A DNA stretch of 35,712 nucleotides. Source: a virus (taxonomy: Duplodnaviria > Caudoviricetes). The notes beneath the pieces were generated by a model. That model saw only the letters and a program-made list of their open reading frames with translations. It was not told the DNA's origin and ran no database searches. The stretch spans positions 1 through 35,712 of the IMG/VR virus record IMGVR_UViG_3300024264_000088. One strand, 5' to 3'. This document shows, one piece after another, positions 8,474-17,410 of this stretch (positions are counted from its first letter, which is position 1; every line of letters begins with the position of its first letter). A program made the translations under genes and the position numbers.

Positions 8474-9808
8474 TTACATTAAGTTCGCAACTTGCGTTCT
8501 TTGGTAATATCTGTTAGCGTTAGCAGAACCAGCACCGTTAATAACAGCTGCGTCACCAGTTCCAGCTTCAGCAAAAGGATTTGCTTGTAAGCCGTATCTA
8601 GTTTTGAAACCGATTTTCGGTTGGAAAGTATCTTGACCAACTGCTCTAACCATTTGTAGTGGTACATATGGACAGTAGAACATACCTGCGTCATAAGGTG
8701 AAGTACCTTTGTAGCCAACTACATAGTAGTGAGCAGACGCTGAGTTTGCACTATAAGGGTCAATGTACACTTTAAATCTACCGTTAAGAACACCAGCAAA
8801 AGTATTACCAGTATCGTCAACTGTTAGATTGTTGTTAAGAGCTGGAGTATAGTCTAATACACCTGCCATTTGAAGAGCACTAGCAACATCAGCTGAAGTA
8901 ATGATAATGTTACCTTTACCTCTTCTTGTTCTTTGTGCGATTCTGTTAGCATCTCTTTCAAGGTTAAACATTAGACCTTTGAATCTTTCAACAGACCATC
9001 TGCCGTTTGAGTCAGTATCTAAGTCAAATACACCTGCTGTAGTCACATGACCTGCTGGTGAACCTTTTTCTGCGTTAGTATAGATTGTTCTAACAACTTC
9101 TCTGTTAATCTCTGCAAGAATTTCAGCAGACAAAATGTTTGCTAATTCTGTTTCAGCGTCTAAACCGTGGATTGCTTTTAAGTCTTGAGCAAGTTCCATA
9201 GTGTATTCTGCTTTAAGAGCTCTTGATTTAGCAGTTACAGTTGACTTCTCGATTGAGAATGCCATTTCTGCAAAACTATTTCCAGAGGCGTCACCTAATG
9301 CTTCAGCAGCTGCTGTAGTCATTGCTGTACCAGTTGTGTATGTTCCAGCAGGTGAGTCGTTTAGAACCTCAGGGTTAGTACCAGAGTGAGCAGCAGTTGA
9401 ATAACCATCAACAGCTGAACCAGCTTTGTTTCTTCCTGAGAAATCTGTGTCAGCTTCGTCAAATAACGCTTCTGTTCCAGATTGTGAGTCATATCTACTT
9501 CTCATTGCAAAGATAAGTCCAGTTGGACCAGTCATTGGCTGTACGCCAGCGATATCGTATGCGATAAGATTAGGCATTGCTCTTCTTACTAATGAAATCA
9601 AAATTGGATCCCAGTTAGAAATAGAAGCGCCTGTTGAGTTAGTTGGAGCAGCTTCGCTTAAGAAAGCATTGTCCTCTTTCATTGCACGCTCTTGGTTTTC
9701 CAAGATTGTAGCAGTTACAGCTCGTTTGTAAGAATCACCGATTTTTGGTAAATCTGCGTGTTCTAAAACTGGCTGCCATTTTTTTTCGTGTGTTTCAGAT
9801 AAATACAT
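8474..9808 (-). CDS. gp23: Major capsid protein gp23
   Basis: LVRRAMPNLIAYDIAGVQPMTGPTGLIFAMRSRY, SRALKAEYTMELAQDLKAIHGLDAETEL, FQPKIGFKTRYG. Confidence 0.99.
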   Translation of the reverse strand: MYLSETHEKKWQPVLEHADLPKIGDSYKRAVTATILENQERAMKEDNAFLSEAAPTNSTGASISNWDPILISLVRRAMPNLIAYDIAGVQPMTGPTGLIFAMRSRYDSQSGTEALFDEADTDFSGRNKAGSAVDGYSTAAHSGTNPEVLNDSPAGTYTTGTAMTTAAAEALGDASGNSFAEMAFSIEKSTVTAKSRALKAEYTMELAQDLKAIHGLDAETELANILSAEILAEINREVVRTIYTNAEKGSPAGHVTTAGVFDLDTDSNGRWSVERFKGLMFNLERDANRIAQRTRRGKGNIIITSADVASALQMAGVLDYTPALNNNLTVDDTGNTFAGVLNGRFKVYIDPYSANSASAHYYVVGYKGTSPYDAGMFYCPYVPLQMVRAVGQDTFQPKIGFKTRYGLQANPFAEAGTGDAAVINGAGSANANRYYQRTQVANLM

Positions 9809-9834
9809 TTTTATCTCTCCTCTATTATTTTATA

Positions 9835-10938
9835 TTATTTTGACAATTTAATGTCTTTGGTTTTAGTAATAGCGGCGGTATAAGCAGCCATGCTTTTAGA
9901 TAAATCAATTGTTTCACCAACTGAATCACCTACCGCTACATCATCAATGTCAGATGACACTTCTTTCTTAGCACCGAAATACGACTCTTTAATAGTCGAA
10001 ATCTTTGCTTTGAAATCTGTTTCATTTGAATATTCAACCTCTTCGGCAAGTTTGTTGAATTTCTCCTTAGCAGTATCAGCTAAATCTTCACTCATCTCTT
10101 TTACGATTAGAGTTCTATCTTTATCTGATTTTACTTTGTTAAGTTCAACATTCTTTTCGATTTCTTCGTTAAGTTTGTTTTCTAACGATTCAATCTTTGA
10201 AGCTTGGTCTTCTAGTACATCATATTTTTCGTCCGGGACTGAAATATAATGTTCTTCAAATAGTTTTTTCATACCAGAAATGAAATCTTCAGCAATCTCG
10301 CCTTTGATTCCTCTTTCTAAAGCAAGTTCGTTTTCTTTCATCCACTCTTCCACTACATATGCAAGGTAAGAGTCAACTTTTTCAACTAATTCTGCTTTTG
10401 ACTTTTCTGATTCTTCTTTAAGTTTTTCTTCGTATCCAGCGTGCATTTTCTTTTTAGCTTCTTTAACTTTTGAGTTAACAGCAGCTTCAAATATAGTTGC
10501 AGCCTTCGTTTTAAATTCTTCGGATAAATCTTCGTCTTTAACTAAAGCGTCAACATCTGCCGTTACATCAATTTTTTCGTCTTCTTCGACTACTTCAACT
10601 GCTTCAGCATTTGTTTCTTCTTCACTAGTTTCGATAATTTCCTCAGAACCTTCACTTGCTTCTACTTCTTGCTCTTCTTTAATCTTCGGCATTGCGTCAG
10701 CAGCGCCAGCTGATTTTTGTTGAGCGTCACCAGAAACTTGCTTAGTTTTCTTTGTTGCGTCAGGATTAGAATCCGTAGGCTTAGTTACCGCTGGACCTAA
10801 ATCCTCGCCCTCATTACTAAGGTGAGTAGGTTCAGCCGCCACAGCATTCTTTTTGGGAGCGTCTGCTGATGGATTAGCTTGCGCCTCTACCACTGCTTCT
10901 GCTTCTAACGCCTCAATCTTTTGTTCTGTTTCGGCCAT
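9835..10938 (-). CDS. gp22: Prohead scaffold protein gp22
   Basis: Acidic coiled coil, LSEEFKTKAATIFEAAV, VDSYLAYVVEEW; between gp21 and gp23. Confidence 0.93.
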   Translation of the reverse strand: MAETEQKIEALEAEAVVEAQANPSADAPKKNAVAAEPTHLSNEGEDLGPAVTKPTDSNPDATKKTKQVSGDAQQKSAGAADAMPKIKEEQEVEASEGSEEIIETSEEETNAEAVEVVEEDEKIDVTADVDALVKDEDLSEEFKTKAATIFEAAVNSKVKEAKKKMHAGYEEKLKEESEKSKAELVEKVDSYLAYVVEEWMKENELALERGIKGEIAEDFISGMKKLFEEHYISVPDEKYDVLEDQASKIESLENKLNEEIEKNVELNKVKSDKDRTLIVKEMSEDLADTAKEKFNKLAEEVEYSNETDFKAKISTIKESYFGAKKEVSSDIDDVAVGDSVGETIDLSKSMAAYTAAITKTKDIKLSK

Positions 10939-11003
10939 TGAGAAATCTCCTCTTTTTGTTTTCTAATTAATTAAAAAACTTTCGTTTTTGTTCGTACTAG
11001 TAT

Positions 11004-11011
11004 TATTTATA
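11004..11011 (-). promoter_or_regulatory. T4 late promoter (gp22-gp23)
   Basis: Exact TATAAATA on minus strand in intergenic gap. Confidence 0.85.
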
Positions 11012-11014
11012 AAA

Positions 11015-11659
11015 CTAAAGTTTTTTAAGAAACGAATCAAATATCCTTAGCTTAGCTTCGTCTAAGGCTCTTTGTTTCGCCGTTCTTATTTCTTGTTTCC
11101 AGGCTTCAATGTCCCTTTCAACAAGTATACCATTGTCCCATACCCACTCTTTTTGTTCCATAATGCCTTCTACGAAAGCGTCTGGAGCGCTTGGGTCTGC
11201 TACAATATCAGCCGCCGTTGCAAGGTAAAAGTCATCTTTTACATAGTTTGCACCGTTACGCTGAATTATTGAACCCATACCTCGACTTGATACTCCTAGT
11301 TGAGCACCCTCGTCTATAAGACCTTTTACAATCTTACCGTATGGCGTATCCATAATTTTTGCCTCTCCAATAAAATTGTTACCATCTGGTGTTAAAGATT
11401 GTATCATATGTGATACTCTCTCCAAGTTAACTGTAGGACCGTCTGGATGTCCTAGTTCACCGAATGCTCTCTTTTTTTGGATGAATTCTTTGTTGTATCT
11501 GTTCACTTCGCTCTCCAAAATTTCTTTTGGATAGACTCGACCATTTCTATTCTTCATGTTTGATTGAAGAAAGATACCTCTGATTTTATATGACTTTTTA
11601 CCGTTTTTTTCTTCTACAAGATATTCGGCGTTTTGTACTTCTTCTGAAATTAGTTTCAT
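11015..11659 (-). CDS. gp21: Prohead protease gp21
   Basis: GIFLQ..KNRNGRVYP, GELGHP, GVSSRGMGS, DIVADPSAPDAFV. Confidence 0.97.
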   Translation of the reverse strand: MKLISEEVQNAEYLVEEKNGKKSYKIRGIFLQSNMKNRNGRVYPKEILESEVNRYNKEFIQKKRAFGELGHPDGPTVNLERVSHMIQSLTPDGNNFIGEAKIMDTPYGKIVKGLIDEGAQLGVSSRGMGSIIQRNGANYVKDDFYLATAADIVADPSAPDAFVEGIMEQKEWVWDNGILVERDIEAWKQEIRTAKQRALDEAKLRIFDSFLKKL

Positions 11660-11680
11660 ATGTTCTCTCTTTGTACCAAC

Positions 11681-11688
11681 TATTTATA
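11681..11688 (-). promoter_or_regulatory. T4 late promoter (gp21)
   Basis: Exact TATAAATA 21 nt upstream of the gp21 ATG. Confidence 0.85.
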
Positions 11689-11695
11689 CAAACTA

Positions 11696-12088
11696 TTACC
11701 TAAACTCTACAATTAATGTGTAATTATCACCATTTGCGAAGTTTTTTGTTGATAATAGTATATCTCCAGTAGGTGTGGTTGCGTTGTTAGGAACCTCATT
11801 ACCAGCTGGTCTTAAATCCCAATAACCTTGTCCTGATAATTCTAACATTGTTGCGTTAGTCACTCCGTCCCATAATAACTCTACAGCTGACTTATTGTTT
11901 GCCGTATTAATTGAGTACCAAATCTTACTTAACTTTCTAGCACCGTCTTCGGTCATAAAAGTTGTTTCAGAAGCATCAATTTTTTTAACTAGGTTTTCTC
12001 CAGTACCGTCAGATTGATTTGTAAGTTTAACTACAAATTTAACACCTGAAGTATCTGCTATTGTTTGTGATGTTACTATATCTGCCAT
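11696..12088 (-). CDS. Hypothetical beta-rich protein in head module (paralogue of 12088..12450)
   Basis: 130-aa ORF, TAATG coupling with upstream gene. Confidence 0.8.
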   Translation of the reverse strand: MADIVTSQTIADTSGVKFVVKLTNQSDGTGENLVKKIDASETTFMTEDGARKLSKIWYSINTANNKSAVELLWDGVTNATMLELSGQGYWDLRPAGNEVPNNATTPTGDILLSTKNFANGDNYTLIVEFR

Positions 12089-12450
12089 TACTTGTATCCT
12101 GCTTCCTTATGACATTCGATTACTAAATTATACTTTGTAACCGTACTGTCGCTACTTAAACTAATATCTCCGATAGGGTCTTGTAGTTTAATCTCATCTG
12201 GTTTTAAACCCCAATTTCCTCTATCACTTAATTCTACTTTTTTGGTAATGTCATTCTTAAAAAAAACTGTGACCTTACCTGTACCTAATATCTCATACTG
12301 CATATTTGCAATAGAAACTTTAGGTTCACTTGTTGCATTATTACTATTGACTACATCTACAAGTAATTGTTGATATTCATTACCAACACCGTTTGAGTTT
12401 ACAATAATCTTAAAATTATCATCCACTAATTTGGTTGTTGATATAGCCAT
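12088..12450 (-). CDS. Hypothetical beta-rich protein in head module
   Basis: 120-aa ORF with GAGG SD; shares motifs with the downstream ORF. Confidence 0.8.
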   Translation of the reverse strand: MAISTTKLVDDNFKIIVNSNGVGNEYQQLLVDVVNSNNATSEPKVSIANMQYEILGTGKVTVFFKNDITKKVELSDRGNWGLKPDEIKLQDPIGDISLSSDSTVTKYNLVIECHKEAGYK

Positions 12451-12458
12451 AATTTAAA

Positions 12459-12710
12459 TTAACCTCTTGGTGAACCGACAGCACTACCTTTAGCCGTAGG
12501 GCAAGTAATTTTGTCAGTTGTGCCTTTTTCGATAATAACTGTATCGCCATCTTCCAAGTAAAATTTACCTAATTCAGTAGAACCATCTGATTCGAAAACT
12601 GTTCCTGTTGTATCAGCAGTAGCAGTTACTCTAACAAAATGGGCAAGACCAAAGTTATTTGCACTTGGATTCGTTACGACATCGCCTTTAACTATAAAAG
12701 TTTGTGCCAT
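12459..12710 (-). CDS. Hypothetical small virion/head-region protein
   Basis: 83-aa ORF, AGGAG SD, tightly packed. Confidence 0.75.
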   Translation of the reverse strand: MAQTFIVKGDVVTNPSANNFGLAHFVRVTATADTTGTVFESDGSTELGKFYLEDGDTVIIEKGTTDKITCPTAKGSAVGSPRG

Positions 12711-12712
12711 TT

Positions 12713-12961
12713 TTATTCTCCTAGTTGTTCTTCTAATTCTTTATCGAAATAATCGTAAAGAATATTAGTATTAATATTATGAAATTCGGCAGCCTTATCT
12801 ACAGCGCCCTCAAAAACTTTAATTATATCGCCAGTTTCTTTTTGTATTTTTTCATATACATCTTTTACTGCGTCCTTTACTTTAGGACTTAAAGACTTGA
12901 AAGAATCCGAGTCGACATATAAATCTCTTTCAACAATATTACTGAGCTTGAGTTTCGTCAT
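12713..12961 (-). CDS. Hypothetical helical protein, possible prohead core component (gp68 position)
   Basis: Charged 82-aa ORF (start 12961 or 12970); assignment by synteny only. Confidence 0.6.
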   Translation of the reverse strand: MTKLKLSNIVERDLYVDSDSFKSLSPKVKDAVKDVYEKIQKETGDIIKVFEGAVDKAAEFHNINTNILYDYFDKELEEQLGE

Positions 12962-13244
12962 TACCTGCAATCTCTAACTCTGCTTTACCGTCTAATTGTG
13001 GTTGACCAGGTGTTGCTACTGTACCATCTTGAGCAAATGTTCCAGGTGTTGCAATCTCTGGTTTAGGGTCACTAAAAGATTCTGCTTCTTTGTTACCGTT
13101 AAATAAACTTGAAGCTAACTCTTTTCTTTTAATATCTAAAGCGTCACCCATTTTATCTCTTAATGCACTTTTAAATGCTTCGCCGGCGTCTGCATTGTTA
13201 CCAGCTTCTAAATTGTCAATAAATGCTTTTGTATTCTCTGACAT
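12939..13244 (-). CDS. Prohead core protein, gp67-like
   Basis: FIDNLEAGNNADAGEAFKSALRDKMGDALDIKRKELASSLF directly after the portal gene; AGGAG SD. Confidence 0.7.
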   Translation of the reverse strand: MSENTKAFIDNLEAGNNADAGEAFKSALRDKMGDALDIKRKELASSLFNGNKEAESFSDPKPEIATPGTFAQDGTVATPGQPQLDGKAELEIAGNDETQAQ

Positions 13245-13254
13245 AATTTATCTC

Positions 13255-14769
13255 CTATAAGGTTGTATCTGTAACATCAGCGGTTGGAGCAGATATAATA
13301 CCGTCATCAATTTCTTTTTTGATTTGATTGTCGATATCTTCCATCTCTCTTTCGTTTTGTTTCAGAATGTTTTTTCTCACATATTCTACTGAATAAAATT
13401 TACCAATGTAATCACGCATTTCATTTGCTAATTGTAATCGCTCTCTCATTATCTCGGTGTTTTTTAATTCAGCAAAGTGGCCGTCTTGTAAGAAATCATA
13501 TGTGATACTATCTCTTACACCTTGCCAATCTTCTTCATTAATAATACCTTTAAGAATTAATTGTGTTCTTAAAATATCATTAAATAGTTCCGTAAACTTC
13601 TTTCTTAATCTTTGAACAAATTTAGTAAATTTTAATTCATCTCTAGTAATTTCACTAGCTCTACCCATATTGAAACCAGAGTTTGACTCTAATCTACTTA
13701 CAGGTACATTTAATGAACGATATAATTTACTTCTAAAGTATTCAATGTCTGTAATTTCACCTAAGTTTTGGCCGCCAGGTAAAGTTTCTATACTTGTACC
13801 TCTACCGCCCTCTCTACTAGGTAACCAGAAATCTTCCAACATAGACATATAGTTTCTGTCATCTCTAACTTCTCCAGTAGAAGCGTCATAGACAAGTTTA
13901 TTTCTATATCTTGCCATAACATCTCTTAAATATTGTTCAGCCTTGACTTTAGGTAAATTACCTACATCAATTTTGAATATTCTTCTTTCAGGTGCTCTTG
14001 CAATTCTGTAAATAACAGCAGCGTCTTCAATCATTCTTAATTGATTGACAGGCTTAACTGCCTTTTGCATATAAGATAAGACCATATTTTTATTTTGGTC
14101 AATTAATCCAGACGGACAAAAAGCAATTGTGTCTGGTGCAATCTTAATGCCACCTGAAGTAGAGTTGACTACACCTTTTTCATTGAATAGATAATATTCA
14201 ACAAACTCGTCAACTACTGTAAGCATATTAGGACCTGTAACTCCTTCAGGTCTTTTCTTTCTTACTTCTCTAATTCTTTTAATTTTTCGTGGGTCAAGGT
14301 ATTTTAATTCTGTAATACCTCTTGTAGTAGAGTTTCTATCAATTACTTTTTGATAAAAGATTCTACCATCAATATACCATCTTCTAAAGATGTCATGTCC
14401 TTTAGTGTTAAACTGTAAAAGTCGTAACACTTCTTTAAACTCATCTTCAATCTTTCTTCTCACATCTTTGCCATAAGGTAAATTTTCAACATTCACTCTT
14501 ACTGCTTCTTTGTTTTCATTCGCCACAATAGCTTCATTAACGATATCTTCTATCGCTAAGTCGCACTCTGGGTGTAATGAGATTTCTCTATATCTTCGGA
14601 TAAGGTCAGCTTCAGTTTTTGAATTTCCCTCTTGGTCGAGGTATTGTCCAAAATAGCCGCCAGCGGCGATGGTTTGTGTACCATCATCCGCTGGAGCTGT
14701 AGTAAAGCTTTGCTTTGGATCCGACTGTTTTTTCAGTCTTGATATCGAAAATCCAAATAATTCAGCCAT
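13255..14769 (-). CDS. gp20: Portal protein gp20
   Basis: MAELFGFSI, FRRWYIDGR, NQLRMIEDAAVIYRIARAPERRIFKIDVGNLP, EDFWLPSREGGRGT. Confidence 0.99.
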   Translation of the reverse strand: MAELFGFSISRLKKQSDPKQSFTTAPADDGTQTIAAGGYFGQYLDQEGNSKTEADLIRRYREISLHPECDLAIEDIVNEAIVANENKEAVRVNVENLPYGKDVRRKIEDEFKEVLRLLQFNTKGHDIFRRWYIDGRIFYQKVIDRNSTTRGITELKYLDPRKIKRIREVRKKRPEGVTGPNMLTVVDEFVEYYLFNEKGVVNSTSGGIKIAPDTIAFCPSGLIDQNKNMVLSYMQKAVKPVNQLRMIEDAAVIYRIARAPERRIFKIDVGNLPKVKAEQYLRDVMARYRNKLVYDASTGEVRDDRNYMSMLEDFWLPSREGGRGTSIETLPGGQNLGEITDIEYFRSKLYRSLNVPVSRLESNSGFNMGRASEITRDELKFTKFVQRLRKKFTELFNDILRTQLILKGIINEEDWQGVRDSITYDFLQDGHFAELKNTEIMRERLQLANEMRDYIGKFYSVEYVRKNILKQNEREMEDIDNQIKKEIDDGIISAPTADVTDTTL

Positions 14770-14799
14770 AATATTTTTTCCTTTATTCTTTGTTAGTAA

Positions 14800-14807
14800 T
14801 ATTTATA
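14800..14807 (-). promoter_or_regulatory. T4 late promoter (gp20)
   Basis: Exact TATAAATA between gp19 and gp20. Confidence 0.85.
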
Positions 14808-14814
14808 CTAGTTT

Positions 14815-15342
14815 TTAAGTAGTAGTATTACTCTCAAAGTATTGATAATTGAAGGTTGCTGTAAATTCTTCAACAGCAGCCGCCTCATCATAGTTCAAAT
14901 CAATTGCACTTATAGCAGTTGGGAACAATCCTCTTAATGTATAAGATTTGATTGTGTTTCCGTTTCTGTCTAAGTGGTCAACAAAACAGTCAACTTGATA
15001 GTCAACAGGATTAGTTAAACCCTCATTGTCAGTCATGTTGTTGATACCGTTCTGCCATCTTTCAAAAGCGTTTCTTAACTTAAAGTTCGTATCGTTAAGA
15101 ACCGTGATAGACCATTCATCAAAAGTCCTGTCTCCAGCAATTTTGATTTGTCTTCCTCTGAAAGGAACATTGACTACGCCAACATTCATAGCAGGTATTG
15201 TTGTACTTCTACATAAAAAAGCTAAGTCTTCTATTTCGCCACCAACTTGTGCATAACCTGGAAAAGGCATTGTTACCTTAAACTGGTTACTTCTAGCGCC
15301 ACCGCCAGCAAGTTTAGCTTTGAAGTCATTAATGTTTGCCAT
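14815..15342 (-). CDS. gp19: Tail tube protein gp19
   Basis: GGARSNQFKV, VPFRGRQIKIAGDRTFDEWSITVLND, GLFPTAISAIDL. Confidence 0.97.
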   Translation of the reverse strand: MANINDFKAKLAGGGARSNQFKVTMPFPGYAQVGGEIEDLAFLCRSTTIPAMNVGVVNVPFRGRQIKIAGDRTFDEWSITVLNDTNFKLRNAFERWQNGINNMTDNEGLTNPVDYQVDCFVDHLDRNGNTIKSYTLRGLFPTAISAIDLNYDEAAAVEEFTATFNYQYFESNTTT

Positions 15343-15359
15343 TTTTTATTTCTCCTCTA

Positions 15360-17288
15360 CTAACCTGCTACTTCGTCAAACGAAACGCCGGTTCTTGTTG
15401 CTACGAAAGACAATGTAATGAAGTTAATGCTTCTTGCTGGTTTAATGAAAATCTCAGCAATAAACTCATTTCTATCAATTACTTGTCCTGTATTGTTAGT
15501 TTCATCACACACTACTAAAAAGTCTGTGATACCTCTACGACCTTGTACTTCTCTTAAAAAAGGTTCTACAATGTTTCTAAAGTTAGCTCTTGTAAACTCA
15601 TCATTGAATTCAAAGAGTTGGAATTTAGAAGCAGTTGCTATCGCCTTTTCTAAAGTGATAAACAGTCTTCTCACATTGATTCTATCAAAAGCACTTGGAC
15701 TTGCAAGACCAGTTTTATCTCCAAATAATACAGTACCTTGACCTGGGAAGGTAGCTACTGGATTAATTCTTTTCGGATATAACTCATCTCTTTGTGTTTT
15801 TGTAGGATTAAATGCAAGTTTAACAGCGCCTCTTACAACACCTCTATTGAAACCTGCTGGTGAAAACCAACTGTCTGCAATAAGGTCTGTTCTAGCCGCT
15901 AAGCCTGCCATGTCACCATTAAGTGGTACATATCTGTAAACATCATTGTATCTGTCGTACATGTATTTGTAACCACTATCAAAGAACACATATGAAGAAG
16001 ATGAAATTGAACTATAAAAGTCAATCACATTATCTTTTTGTGTGTTTGCGTTAGTTACATTAACTACATCTGCTCTTTCTGGCGAAGCGAAAACTACACA
16101 GTCTTTTCTTGCCTCTGCAATTGTAATTAAGTTTTCTACATGAGTTGAATCACACTTACCAGAAATGATAAGACCAACATCAACTGTTTCACTATCAGCA
16201 AACTTGTCGTAAGCTGTTTTTAGTTGACCAGTTGTAACGGCAGAACCGTCAGAACCACCTGAAAGTGATTCATTACTTGGTGTATCTACTGCTGTAAATG
16301 TAGTTCCAGAAGCTGCATTACCCCAGTTTGAACCTGAAGAATGATGTTTTGTCCACCAAATATATCTTGATTTAGTGTAGATAACATTTGGATAATAGTT
16401 ATCATCTCCTTGCGGAGTTTTTGCGTCTGAAGCTTTAGAAACTTTTGAATAAGTTTCCAAGATTTGACCTGGAACGCCTGAAATTGAACCGTCTTCATCA
16501 ACTACTACAATGTGAATTTCGTCATTCGCACCGCTTCTAGTTGAAGTCCAATCAGATGTACCTGGAGCACCGTCAACAGCGTCATAGTATCTCCATCTTC
16601 GTCTTACATTCGCACCGTCAGTAATGGTTCTTTTTAGTCCACCAGAACCTCTTGGATGTTGTACGATTGTTAAGTCGTTAGTTGAAATATTAGTAACTCT
16701 GTATTGTTCTCCATCATCATAATCGTTTGTAGCAGCTGTAGTTGAAAATGAAATTACATCTCCAACATTTAGGTTTGCACCTGCTGTTACTGTTATTGCT
16801 GTGTCACCTACTGCTGTACTTGCGTCATTGACAGTAGTTGCTCCTTCTTCCTCAAATGCGGCTGCGTTCGGACAAGTTGCAACAAGCAATGTGTTACCAT
16901 ATGCTCCTGCTTCTCTAGCAACAAATGTTGCGTTACCGGCTGCGCCACCTGAGGCATAGTTATTCGTCCAATCTTCCGTATTCTTTACTAAAACACCTGT
17001 TCCAGATGTTGAAGCATTTACTTGTGAAGTTTGGTTTGCTCGTACTACCCGTAGAGTATTAGAATATTGTAAAAAGTTAGCTGCGCTGAAAAAATACTCG
17101 AAGTTATTTACATCAGGTTTACCAAAAGTTTCTACTAATTCTTGCTCGCTAGATATACTTACTATTTCGTCTAAAGGTCCTTTTGTGAATTGACCAGCAA
17201 CTGCACCTATAGATGTTGAAACAGCAGGAATGATACTAGTTAAATCTCTTTCCTGTACGAGAACACCTGGTGATACTTGAAATGCCAT
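15360..17288 (-). CDS. gp18: Tail sheath protein gp18
   Basis: MAFQVSPGVLVQERDL, WFSPAGFNRG, FDRINVRRLF, FEFNDEFTR, IKPARSINFITL. Confidence 0.98.
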   Translation of the reverse strand: MAFQVSPGVLVQERDLTSIIPAVSTSIGAVAGQFTKGPLDEIVSISSEQELVETFGKPDVNNFEYFFSAANFLQYSNTLRVVRANQTSQVNASTSGTGVLVKNTEDWTNNYASGGAAGNATFVAREAGAYGNTLLVATCPNAAAFEEEGATTVNDASTAVGDTAITVTAGANLNVGDVISFSTTAATNDYDDGEQYRVTNISTNDLTIVQHPRGSGGLKRTITDGANVRRRWRYYDAVDGAPGTSDWTSTRSGANDEIHIVVVDEDGSISGVPGQILETYSKVSKASDAKTPQGDDNYYPNVIYTKSRYIWWTKHHSSGSNWGNAASGTTFTAVDTPSNESLSGGSDGSAVTTGQLKTAYDKFADSETVDVGLIISGKCDSTHVENLITIAEARKDCVVFASPERADVVNVTNANTQKDNVIDFYSSISSSSYVFFDSGYKYMYDRYNDVYRYVPLNGDMAGLAARTDLIADSWFSPAGFNRGVVRGAVKLAFNPTKTQRDELYPKRINPVATFPGQGTVLFGDKTGLASPSAFDRINVRRLFITLEKAIATASKFQLFEFNDEFTRANFRNIVEPFLREVQGRRGITDFLVVCDETNNTGQVIDRNEFIAEIFIKPARSINFITLSFVATRTGVSFDEVAG

Positions 17289-17391
17289 AGGTTATCTCCT
17301 TTAATTAGCTAATTACCTTGTTATTTTTCATTTTAAAATATTCAAACTTCGTATTATTCATACGCCCATATTCAAACTTTGTCATTACAGA

Positions 17392-17399
17392 TATTTATA
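17392..17399 (-). promoter_or_regulatory. T4 late promoter (gp18-gp19)
   Basis: Exact TATAAATA about 100 nt upstream of gp18 ATG. Confidence 0.85.
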
Positions 17400-17410
17400 A
17401 GACCTGCAAT

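Noticed and set aside
17338-17379. Direct repeats as a mini CRISPR array
   Set aside because: Only two 12-nt copies with an 18-nt spacer; no cas genes.
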